Positions 9,595 through 20,146 of a DNA stretch of 24,506 nt are shown piece after piece. The position numbers and the translations under genes are program-made. The notes beneath the pieces were generated by a model. That model was not told the DNA's origin. It saw nothing but the letters and a program-made list of their open reading frames with translations, and searched no databases. This stretch comes from Atractiella rhizophila (taxonomy: Eukaryota). Each line of letters starts with the position of its first letter. Position 1 is the stretch's first letter. The stretch spans positions 124,001-148,506 of the forward strand of contig MU271187.1 in the NCBI GenBank assembly GCA_021432655.1, in the 5' to 3' direction.

Positions 9595-11800
9595 ATGCCG
9601 GGTGGCTTCGAACGCATAAACGAGCGCGAGGTGAGTGCCTCCGTATTACTTCTTTCATGAAACTTACGAACTGTCCACCTGAGAGGCAAACCCAAACAAG
9701 CACTTTGCATTCATCAGCGAACAAAAAGGATGGCCGAACGCAGAGGAGGTTTGTCTCCCCTTCCTTGCTGTCCCAAATCTCATTCCACTCCGCTGTGCAG
9801 GCAAGAAAGATCCTTCGAGCTCTCGTGGCTCTCGTTCGCTTAACCCTGCCGAATGAGCTTATTTGACTGATCTCGATGCACGACAGTTCAATCCAGTTAT
9901 GAAAGAGCACGGGCTGTGGGTAACCTCGCTAGACGAACACGAATGGGTGCGCCGCCGGATGTTCCTTGGAGCTTCCCTTCCCTTTCATTCCATTATCGAA
10001 TACTGAAGTTACCATTTGAACGATTGCAGAATCCCCAATGGGCGGGAAAAAACTGGAACGCTGGTGAGAAGATCGAACTGGTGATTCGCCGTCCTAACGG
10101 AGTCTTGTCTGGCTTCCTCCCGTCTGGTCTACCTTCTACTGATCGATGTGGCGAATGTGAACAGTTTGCCGCCTCAAATGCTTGTCTTTGTGATGTGTCA
10201 CGAGCTGGCTCATTGTGCGTTCCCCATCCCCTCAGCAGAAACGAGCATTGCTGATGGGTTAACCAGGCAAGCAAATGAATCATGGCCCCGATTTTCAGGC
10301 TCTCAACGCACAGATAAGGCAGCAGGTTCGAGACTTGCAAGCACGAGGTTACACGGGCGATGGGTTGTGGTCTCAAGGCCACGTATTGGGTACGGGCACG
10401 GTAGATGGACAGGGGATATTGTTGGGAGAGATGCCGGCCAACATCTGGTTTGTCTCCCATTGGCCTACTGTCCCTCCGTGTTGGAGTGGTTATGACCTCG
10501 TGGATGGACAGCGGGAGCAAGGCTAGGGTGCGAAAGGCTAAGGGGAAGGGAAAGGAATTGAGATCGACGAAGAAGCGGAGGAGGAAGGATCCCAGAGCTT
10601 TCAAAAGCGAGGTATGTTTTATGCCTTCCTAACCTGCTACACTCCTTCCACAATCTATGATACTCAAGGTTCTACAGGGAAGTAAGATGGGGGATAAGGA
10701 TGATGAGCATGCCGGTTTTCGGTTCGTCTCTCAACCACTGCTTCCCACCCATCTGACAAATTTGATTGTCAAAGAAAGAAAGCTGCCTCAAAAACGGGTA
10801 CGCGTGGCCTATTATTCGCTTCACAGAAGTGGCATGATATGGACTGTCGATTAGGGAGAGAAAAAGCTGCTTTGGCAGCCCAACGCCGTCTCGCTCTCCT
10901 TACTGGGTCCAAGGTGCCATCGACATCCAACGAAAAGCTTGACTGTTCTCCGCCTCTTTCTTCCGAAGACGAGGAGGAAGATTATGAATATGAGGATCTA
11001 GAAGGCGAGGGGGGTGAAGGCGAGTACCAGGAAATAATAGAAGTGTTGAGGAGCTGTGGGAACTTGGTCGAGCAAACTCCGAGTGCTAAGAGCAAAGGAG
11101 AGAATCGGAAACGAGGTCCTGGTCAAGGAATGGAGAGGGAGCATTCACCGCCGGATATGAGAAGCACTGCGGCTTGTCCGTAGCCCTTTAGTCACGGTGC
11201 AAAAGACTGATGGCGAAACAGCCATAATCCCGAAGGCGAATAAGAGGATGCGCGTCGCATCGTCGGACGAGAATGGTGAGGGGCAGGAGGTGCTTAGGAA
11301 GAAGGTCCGAGGTCCGTTACTCGTCTTCCCTTCCCCGCCGCATTGCTAACATCCTTCGCCGCTGCTGTAACTAGCGACAAAGAATAGGGATAAGGAGCAT
11401 CGAGGACTAGACAATGGTGAAGAGGGAGCGAAGGACGAATCGTTCAAACTGCTTCCTTCTCCCGGTCCTTCTGCTTCGGGTCACTTCAAGTCGCAACGGG
11501 TTCAGGGAGAGAAAGGTACGTATCATCCAACCTAATTGGATTGAGTTGTCGTAATGACACCTATTGGATGTAGGAACTCATGAGCCATCATCCGCTCTCT
11601 CTCAACCCCTTACTGACACATCCACTTCTCCTTCAGCCTACCATGCGCAAGACAGCGTAGACGCCGACACCCTCCATAGCTTATACGGTAAGTATGGAGG
11701 AGAGATGGAGTGGACGTGCCCGTTGTGTACTTTGAGAAATCACGTGGATTTGGGCAGGTGTGAGGCTTGTGGTGAGTCCAGGCAAGTCGGGATCAGATGA
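9595..11800 (+). CDS. WSS1: WLM-domain zinc metalloprotease (Wss1-like) with C-terminal RanBP2-type zinc finger; multi-exon
   Basis: Exons 9595-9630, 9686-9748, 9801-9833, 9887-9946, 10030-10106, 10165-10214, 10267-... splice in frame to NPVMKEHGLWVTSLDE...GKNWNAGEKIELVIRR...VMCHELAHCKQMNHGPDF...GYTGDG. The C-terminus is WTCPLCTLRN...CEACG. Middle exons were not fully resolved, and orthology versus paralogy to yeast WSS1 is not established. Confidence 0.82.
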
Positions 11801-12090
11801 CCTTCCAGCGACGATGACGTGTTGTTGGGATGCTTATTTTACGAACTCGGTTTTCCTCTGGCTAGAGCGCCGTGCAAACTAAAATCGAGTTGTTGACTGT
11901 TGCTTGTCGAAGATGCTGCATTCATACAAGAAAAACTCAGAAAGTCTAGCTACACGAGAACAAATGTAAATACTCGTATTCACAAACGCTATTAGTTTAT
12001 TTTAATATTATGTTCCCTTTACCGCTTCATCACAAATGTCCACAAGCCTGAAATTAGCCTATCTTGCCCACGTCTAAAACTGCATCGTCC

Positions 12091-12658
12091 TCAGCCCTGA
12101 ACATTGGTTGACGCCGGCTCCTTCTGCCTTTGGTCCTCCTGATGCTTCTTAAGCTCTTCATCGGCGACCCTGGGGCTCTCCTCGTTCGTCTTTCCCGCAA
12201 CCGTACTGCTAGGAGCTTGACTGGCAGACTCCGGATCAGAGTCGCCTGTAGCCCCTGTCGCAGGAGGCTGAGTTGGAGGAACGGTCATATCCTCCTTCTT
12301 CTCATATGTCGCCGCTCCGCTCGCTGCTGCCCCTTCGCGAGTGCCAGGGGTGGGTTGGACGACTTCATCCTCGTCGCGCTCTTCCACTTCTCCTTCCCCA
12401 AATCCTGTTCACTCGAAATCAATAAGAAAGCATCCAACCTGAAGCGAAAAATGGTGAAGACACACCGCAGGTACAGCAGTTGCGACAGCAGCGAGGTTGG
12501 CAATTACCTCCACAACTTGTAGTTGTACCCCAGGACCAGATAATGGACTCTCCAATTACGGCACAGCAGCCTCCACAGATGGATCCAAAGACCTCCTACG
12601 ATCATTATAGCATTAGTATGTATGAGACGAACGATAAAGAGAAGAAACGAACAGACAT
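12091..12658 (-). CDS. Small protein (149 aa) with Cys-rich N-terminus and acidic disordered tail, unknown function
   Basis: Exons 12658-12653, 12595-12466, 12404-12091 with GT-AG introns give MSEVFGSICGGCCAVIGESIIWSWGTTTSCGGNCQPRCCRNCCTCGFGEGEVEERDED... Confidence 0.7.
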
Positions 12659-12702
12659 GTTTCCGGATACGTTGATGTTCCAGACTTCGGACGGGCTTGG
12701 GC

Positions 12703-12729
12703 TTTATATTTAGACATATATCACGTGAT
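12703..12729 (-). promoter_or_regulatory. Putative TATA box (TATAAA, 12708-12703) and palindromic bHLH E-box ATCACGTGAT (12720-12729)
   Basis: The motifs lie 45-70 nt upstream of the ATG at 12658, in a divergent intergenic region. Confidence 0.4.
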
Positions 12730-13031
12730 GGTGTTATGTGTTCGACGCTCTTGACAAGCTGGACAAGCTCAACGATTGATGTATCAGGATGTATTCACCA
12801 GCCATCAATTGACAGCTTCATAGCTACTACAACTGTGCACCTTGCATAACATGCAGTTACGTCACCCAAGTTCCCACCTTCCCGCTTTCTCACCATCCCG
12901 TCTCGCCAAATCAGAATAGCGGCAGCCAGTCTCACTCACTTAATTCAGAGTATATACCACCCTTCTCCCTAAACCAACCTCCGCTTTGAAGAGATATCGT
13001 TGGCCGTTGAAGTAGATTCTGATAGAGAAAG

Positions 13032-14092
13032 ATGTTGATGTTGAGAATGTTGACAACCGTTGTACAAAGCTTCTTCGCCCATCTGGCCATTGATGGAGTT
13101 GGAATGCCGATTTTTTTCGAGATAGGAGGAGATGAGAAAGAGTCAGTGCATGGCGGGAAGGGGATGGAAGGGGACATCAGGACGGAAAGTGTCGAAGCCA
13201 ACGGAGAACCGGAGGTGAGCATTATCACTTCACTCTGCCTCTCCTCTAGACTGAAACTGTTTGGATGTTGGGTAAAGGTTGTATCAGTTGCATTGAACTT
13301 GAAGAAACATAACGCTCTGAAAGTCGATGTCGCTGTCAGTGGAGCCACCGAGTCGAAGCCAGTGGTAACGGTGGTTTGTCTTTCCCTTTCCATTTGTCCA
13401 ACATAATCGAGGGAGCTGACGAGCGTCTCTTGTCCGCATAGAAGCCGAAGCCAGCAAGCACGATGGTGTTCGTCCCAATCAAATCCGGCCCCAGCTCTGA
13501 ATCCTCCAAACGCCCTACAATCACTGCATGTCCCCACCAGCCCCTCCCGCACGCAAAGCGCGATCGGACTATCCCTCAATTCCCAACTCGCGTTTCTACA
13601 CACCGTTCTCTCCTCTCACTCCCCAACCGTCCTCCCTACCCTCCGTTTCTAAAGCTGCAAACCGCCGCTTCTCGCGCCGCAATGGAAAGAGCTCGCTCTC
13701 CCTTGATTTGGCCGCGTGTAGATGAGGTCGAAATGCCAACGGCCATGGCGGTAAGGTTGAAGAGGCTAGCGTTGAAGGTAAAGGATGTCGGTTTGGAGTG
13801 TAGCCAAGAAAAAGCTTGTCATCAAGCACTGAGCGAGAAGATAAATGAGATAAAAGGAGAGATAACGACGGATATGATGCTGGTTAGACATGCGATAGCC
13901 AGCCGAACCATTGTCGAGCAGCTCCGCTCAGTTTTTGTGAAGGATGGCACGTTCGATGCTTTAAAGCAGAAAGCTGTTGATCTCTCGCGGGAAATGGAGG
14001 AGGTGGAATTAAAGATCATGTGCTTGAATCTCGCATGGGAAAAGTTGGTAGATGATGACGGAAAAGAGGAGAAGGATAGTGAAGAAGGTTAA
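13032..14092 (+). CDS. Hypothetical protein (~330 aa) with coiled-coil-like C-terminus
   Basis: ORFs 13032.. and 13463.. join in frame through intron 13374-13441 (GTTTGT...GCTGAC...TAG). The start codon is uncertain and no family was recognised. Confidence 0.55.
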
Positions 14093-15244
14093 TCTCGTGA
14101 TGGGTGGAGTGGAGGTGAAGAGCTCAAATTTGAGATATGAGGCGAAACTGGAGGATGACTGATATAGGTTTACGAGGTGTTGTCTTCCTAGACCGATAAA
14201 TGGATGTTTCGTTTTTCATTGTGATTTGACCATGCTCCTATTATTTCCAGCGCATCGGGCTGAGGAGACGTCCCGTTGTATTGAATACTTCAGTCATGAG
14301 ATAATAATAAAAGCAGATCGTGAGAGTTGCTGAACATTCCAAGTTAATTCGATCACTGAAATGTTATACGGCAATCCTCCCTCAAAGCAGTCAAATCTGA
14401 ACCAACACCAATCTGAGGCGGTTAGGATCAGAGTACATCCCACTAGTGGCGAGACGTTGCAGCCATGGCAAATATTTCCACCTTTTTTCAGACAGATCGA
14501 GTCCTGAGAGGGATTCTAACAACTCGTCCACTTGTAAAAGAAGAATCAGGCGCAGACATGAGGAATAAACGGTGACGGAGTTTGGCAATGGAAAGAGGAA
14601 TCTTATGTGGCTCTTGAAATTGGGTGCTCGTAGATAGGGGAAGATATTCTTGCTGCAGGATCACGGTGCTTGTCATGGAATGACGACGCAAAATACAGCG
14701 ACGTGGCATTCCTTCGGGCGTGCAAGATATTAGCATAAGAAAGCGATCTCAACAGTCTCGTCGTCTAAGAAGAGGCAATCATCCTCAGCGATCGACTAGA
14801 TCATTGCATTTGTGTACAGACACATCATTCCTTGCGGTCAGCGCAGAATCAAATAACGGCAATGTACCACAGTTTCTACGCTCTCTATATAGTGTGTACC
14901 ATAGTTCACGAGAAATCTATGAGTTTTGACTTCTGTAATGTCATACAATGAAGAGGAGAAATGGTCGTCTCACACCGTGATGCCTTTGCAATAACAGAAC
15001 TCACTGTGTTAAGGAGTCTCTATTTCTAAATGCTGGTTCTCACCACCGTCAGCGTATGGATAAAGAATATGCAAAATGTGCAAGTGCGGAGAGAAAAACC
15101 GTCCGGATGTTGGTCGCGAAGTAGATCGGAACCAAAAGCTGAACGCGAACTGGAATCTCAACGAGTTCTCTCTTCCTTTCTTTTTTCTCAAAGTAGCACC
15201 TTCCAGCAAAAGCATTTACCAGCTGCAATCAGCGCCCACCCAAC

Positions 15245-15465
15245 ATGCTGACCATCCGCCCTCCCCTCCTCCGCTCTCGGCTGACCACCTGTCTACTCCT
15301 CCTGCTTGCGCTCGCGCTGGTCGTGCTACACATTACATTCCCTTTCTCTCCCTCTTACCAAGCCACGTTGGAAGCTCACGGAGTTGTTGGAGCGGTAGGG
15401 AGGGCGAGCGATAAAGGCAGGAAGCTGTTGGGAGACGGGTGGAGGAAGGCGATGGAATATGGTGG
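15245..15465 (+). CDS. 5' fragment of a signal-anchor (type II membrane-like) protein, truncated by the gap
   Basis: ATG in CAACATG context, basic N-terminus, then hydrophobic CLLLLLALALVVLHITF. Open up to the Ns. Confidence 0.55.
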
Positions 15466-15490
15466 NNNNNNNNNNNNNNNNNNNNNNNNN
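15466..15490. other. Assembly gap (25 N)
   Basis: 25 consecutive N. Confidence 1.
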
Positions 15491-15854
15491 AGCACAAATT
15501 ATACTTTAATGTGATCAACATGCACGCCGCTAACCCTGCGCTGCAGAACCCAGACGATGTGGTAAAAAGGCGAGGATACCTCAGCAGAGGATGACGGATG
15601 GCCCAATCCATTCGAGGTTCCCAGCAGGAAACCAGAGTCCGACTGCCAGTCGAGTATCCTTCCGACCGCTAGCTTGAGCTGCCGCTCAACTCAGCATGAG
15701 TACTAGACGGGTCGAAATGGATACCGCATTCAGGAGTAACAACTACCACGACCACGTAACCATTGTTTCTCCAACCTGGGAATGCGTCTGAGTTTTTTCT
15801 CCAGAGCTAGCTTAGGGAGAAAAAAGGACGACGAGCGTTTGCAGGTTGCAGCAG

Positions 15855-15949
15855 CACCCTAAGACTGTCGTGGTAAGAGTGATTATCCATCCGTCGACGA
15901 GCGTTTGCAGGTTGCAGCAGCAACCCTATGACTGTCGTTAAAAAGCGAC
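15855..15949. repeat. Mirror copy of retrotransposon terminal repeat A (A2); may extend left to 15491
   Basis: Exact 95-nt reverse (not complement) of 24412-24506. The match is limited only by the window end. It contains an internal ~42-bp near-tandem repeat (GCTGTCAGwATCCCA...GACGACGTTGGACGTTTGCGAGCAGC). Confidence 0.9.
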
Positions 15950-16265
15950 GGGTCGGGAGGAGAGGGAAACCCAAAAGAAGAGCCGATCTAATGCTGGTTA
16001 TTACAGAAAGCCAAAGAGAACGGACGCCAAGTATATTGTCAACACTAAGACAAAGGACAGAGAAGCTCGACGAAAGCCAAGGTAAAAATCGAGTGAAAGA
16101 ATGTCGTCAAGGAGAAGTAGTCAAAAGACAAACCTCGCACTCTTCCAAGACAGACCACACAATTGTCGCGAAGATAAAGTAGCACGAGAGGCCTAATAAA
16201 CTTACGAGACCACTTTTAAAGTAGTGAGAGCAGAGCCAAGAGCCGGAGAACATAAAGAGAACCAC

Positions 16266-16387
16266 ATCGAGAGTCAAGCAGGTGAGGCATTAGTGTTAGC
16301 AGGAGCAGGTTGAGAGTCAAGCAGGTGAGGCATTAGTGTTAGCAGGAGCAGGTTGCGATAAGCAAGCGAGTTTTCGAGCGTGCAGGT
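16266..16387. repeat. Mirror copy of retrotransposon repeat B (B2) with a 43-bp internal tandem duplication
   Basis: Reverse of 20008-20086 plus a duplicated unit (16269-16311 / 16312-16354). It abuts host-homologous sequence at 16388. Confidence 0.9.
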
Positions 16388-19300
16388 TCTTCCAAAGCCG
16401 AAAGCTCGAAGCGTGCAAGGTTGGTGTGTTAGGATTGTAATGGGGAGAAATGAGCGTATGACGGTTGTGACGTCACTGCGTGAGAATGTCACTCTACTGC
16501 GCAGAGTCAGCGTTGCCATGAAGACGAGAGGGATTACTGAAGGAAGCACAAATTTTTAAACTGTAGTGTCCAGGGTCCGAACTTCAGAAGTTCAAGAGGG
16601 AAATAGAAAAGAAGGGGTAGAAATAGAAGCGGGTAATGCCACTAGGGCTAACCATGCTGTTGGTACACTTCGTAGACCACAGTGCCAAGTGCTCCGGCCT
16701 GGATTTCCTCTCCCGTTCACAAAACGCCACGTCAGTCCTAACACACACGACTGTACGTACGAGACCTGTACCTGTCTACTTTGGCGAGGGGGTTTTATGC
16801 CTCCTCGACTTCCACCGCAATCTCCTCCGCTTTGTCCTCTCCAACTTCGACTCTCTCTCTGCCTCCCGTGTCAACCTCGTCCTCCCCCTTGCTCGGCAGA
16901 CTCGTAGAAGTCGAAGAGAACACCGGCGGAGCCAGAGAAACAGTAATGTACTACGATTCCTCTCTCGCACCAACCCTTTTCATAACATGTGATCAATATA
17001 ACATTAGGTGTAAGCAGGTGAGGAGTGGTCATCGTTCTTCTGATTCTTCTTATAGACTTCTAGTTCTCGAGTTGCTTGGTTAATAGGAAGAGGGTGGGTG
17101 GTAGGTGTTAGGAGTGGGCCTTAGGAAGGGGAGGCCGTGGAGGTAGTAGTAGGAGACTTAGGAAAGGTCATTTTCGGGTGGGTTCGAGGAACCGTCGCAA
17201 AAGCTGGTAAGGGAGCTCGAGAGGAACGAATTTCTCCACTATTTTAGCGAACATGTACGCGAGGAGAGGAGGGAGAAAGCACCAGGTCCCCTGCTCGGTC
17301 AGAACGCAGGCTAGGAATTAGGGAAGAAGCGGAAGCACCTGTGGATAACTTTCCCTCCACGGCACTACCGATGTACTACCAGGGCATAGTCTTAGACAAC
17401 GCCTTACCCTTCTCCTCTACCTCTCTCTTCGGCCGAGGTAGGGCGCAAAGAATTTCTTGCGAAGTAGGACGAGGTCGCGGGTCTGCACATACTCTCGAGA
17501 GGGAGGGAAGGAACTCGGCGAGCTTCCGAAATATCGATCGTATTCGCGGACAGGTATCGTGTATAAAGACTCGACCCAGTACAAGTGACCCACTCTCCTT
17601 CTACCACTCGCTTGGAATTGTCGGAGTGTGGATGCTACCACCCTGCACTTCACCACTTAACAACGATATGACTATCGGCGCAGGACGGAAGAGGAACTCA
17701 GTCAGGTAGGTAGGGAGGACGGATTTCCGTTGCCTCGCCTCTTTCGTTGCATGCTTTTGAGGGAGAGATTGTGTCAAGAGGTAGGGAGGCGGTTGTAGTC
17801 AAGACTTCTGAAGTACAGGGGAAGGGGAGCGCTACGGGTCGTCAAGGAGCCTCGCTAGGTGCGGCTACGACTTATACTTTGGATTCGATCTTTGCAGAGG
17901 TAGCTAGAACGGAAAGCTCCTACTACCCCACTTTCAAGACCTCTCATGACTAGCGCAAGGTTCCATAAACGGTAAGGGCGTAGGTCGCAGGTCCTGCTAC
18001 CTCAAACTACCCTCCCTGCACTCCTTGAACAGCTGTAAACCGGTACCGAAAGTTAGTGTTCCATTCCCAGTCATGTCCGATCGTTCGGTCTTTCCTTGCT
18101 CTTTCCCTATCCCTTCGGCTTGAAACATAGCACAAACTCTCTTTACACTTCGCTACACGCTCATCTGGCTCACCTGCACGCAAAGGAGCAAACAGCGAAG
18201 GTAAGAAAGGTGGCCGCAACAAGTTACTCTCGGACTTCTCTTCAGCTTTTAGCAGATCTACTCCACCTCCTCACTCAACCGGTGACCTTAGAATACCAGG
18301 ACATCAAAACTGCCGGTGTTTCTAGTTGCCTTAGAGGTCTACCGGTGGCAATAGCTCCTCAAACCGCTCACTTACACCTAGAAACCAAGACGGCTCCAAG
18401 ACGATGATATCCCTTACTGTTAACTGACGAGTCAATCACAGTGCGGAAGTTCAAATCCCAATGCTAGTCCCAAAATCGAGTATGAGGACAAGTGTAACCC
18501 TTCTACGTTCCTCTACCAAGACTCCAGTTCCACTGAAACGGCACGTGCGAAGTAGTATCCCAGCCCAAACGAAGGAAGGCTCCTTACTCTCCTTTTATAG
18601 GTACCTTAGCAATACTATTCTTGTTGTTGTGTAAATTAAAGTTTGTATTTTTATGTCTATTATGTCTTTATTCCATGGTATAGCTAGGTCAGCTAAACGA
18701 GCAAAACGTTCTATCAGCAGTTCGTAGTTCTGTAGGTACAGCAAACTTTTAAGTAACACCATAACAGCCTTTCTGCTCTAGAGCCGACTTACTTGTACCA
18801 ATAAGGTCTCCGTCCTGTTGCGACCTACCTGAGTGTTCCCAAGTCAATCGAAGAGTAGGAATTCACGGAAGATTCTAGGTAGTCTTAACGGGGGCATAAC
18901 GACAAGAGGGTACTTACGCCCTCCTGCTGCTACAAAGACAGAGGACAGCGTTCTTCCCGTCGGACGTTGACGTGTAGCAGTAAGTTGGAATCTCATTCAT
19001 TCCGGGCGTAGGACAGCAGGGTCGAGACGTTGCGACGTCCACACTATATATTAGGTATACGGCCTACCACGCGCACGGTTTAAGACAGGCGGAGGAGATC
19101 TAACAGACGTAGCTACTACCTGACCTCATATTAGAAGAGCCAATACCGGTCCTGCGTATTGTCCCTACAAGCGCTTTCGAAGGTTCATCTCTGGAACGTA
19201 CTAGGTAGCTTAAACATGGCGGGTGCATTAGCAGTAACATGCTGCATGTGCAGGAACTAAGAGCAACGGAGAGTGCTTTGAGTCGACCTATAAGTACCCA

Positions 19301-20007
19301 AGGCGTCCTCACGAAGTAAGTCTTCGCTTGCCTCATCGTACGCCAACCGTGCTACACCTAGAGCTCGTAGCAGTCACACTTCTTGTTCTAGGCACTCTCC
19401 CCTCTCCACGCTTCACGTGTCACCCTGCGTCCGAACGACGCGCCCCACGCGACGAAACCCGTGCTACACCAAGACAAACTAAGCGTCGAACTAAGCTACA
19501 ACCCGCCGCCCGAACACGCGCTAAAGCGCCGACACAAGGACTGACTAAGACTAAGCTTCGACCTGCTCCATGGTGGCCGCCATAACCTAGGACACCCCAA
19601 CCAGAAGAGACTAAAACTAAGCGTCGGCCTGCTCCTCGATATAAGACTCGACGACCCCGGCTAGGGCACCGAGACCAAGACGAGCTAAGACTGAACATCG
19701 ACCTGCTTCTTATCCCCGAGATGGTCTTCAACTTCAACGGCCTTAGACTAAGCTCGGAGCTCCTACACAACACGGTACCAAACTTCCACAACGTAGGACC
19801 TCACCACCCAGACGAGCTGAACCGGAACGAACTGACACTAAACGTCGACCTGCTCCTCAAGACTATGCTGGACGTCCCCGTCCTAGAGCTCCCTGCCACG
19901 ACGAACTAAAACTAAACTCCACCCTCTTCCTCGACCCAATGCTGGACCTAAGACTCGACCTCCCCCCGAACTCCCCCTGAAAAACTCCTCCTCAAACTCC
20001 TCCTCAA

Positions 20008-20086
20008 TGGACGTGCGAGCTTTTGAGCGAACGAATAGCGTTGGACGAGGACGATTGTGATTACGGAGTGGACGAACTGAGAGCTA
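20008..20086 (-). repeat. Split direct repeat B1 (79 bp)
   Basis: Lies 60 nt downstream of the YR stop. The second copy is in the mirror block. Confidence 0.8.
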
Positions 20087-20146
20087 GGAAGGTAGTGAAA
20101 GCAGTTGAGGGGTGGGTTGGAGGTGCATAAGAAAGATGGTCCACTT

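Larger units (their letters stand above)
15491..20007. other. Mirror block: reversed, non-complemented sequence (probable assembly artefact); ORFs here are spurious
   Basis: Read right-to-left without complementing: 20007-18846 = NADAR-gene 3' part (~3170-4324); 18203-17042 = TRM9; 16902-16495 = PET100 region (8576-8983); 16388 = 9093; 16387-16266 = 20008-20086; 15949-15855 = 24412-24506. The right boundary is ambiguous by 2 nt (20005-20007). Confidence 0.97.

Noticed and set aside
2716..11800. Functional DNA-damage/RNA-repair cluster (NADAR, TRM9, WSS1)
   Set aside because: Adjacency of housekeeping genes in a compact fungal genome is not evidence of a system without conserved synteny or co-expression.
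12932..13603. 223-aa minus-strand ORF
   Set aside because: It is antisense to a plus-strand gene with a clean in-frame intron, has a non-ATG start, and shows no motifs.
14391..14930. Possible small spliced minus-strand gene
   Set aside because: Some intron-like signals are present, but I found no convincing start, exon chain or recognisable product.
15491..20007. All ORF-track entries in the mirror block
   Set aside because: They are translations of reversed, non-complemented sequence.
15491..20007. Novel biological mirror-copying or H-DNA system
   Set aside because: There is no plausible chemistry. Gap adjacency, the boundary at a repeat edge and indel-type errors point to an assembly process. 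It is retained only as a testable alternative.
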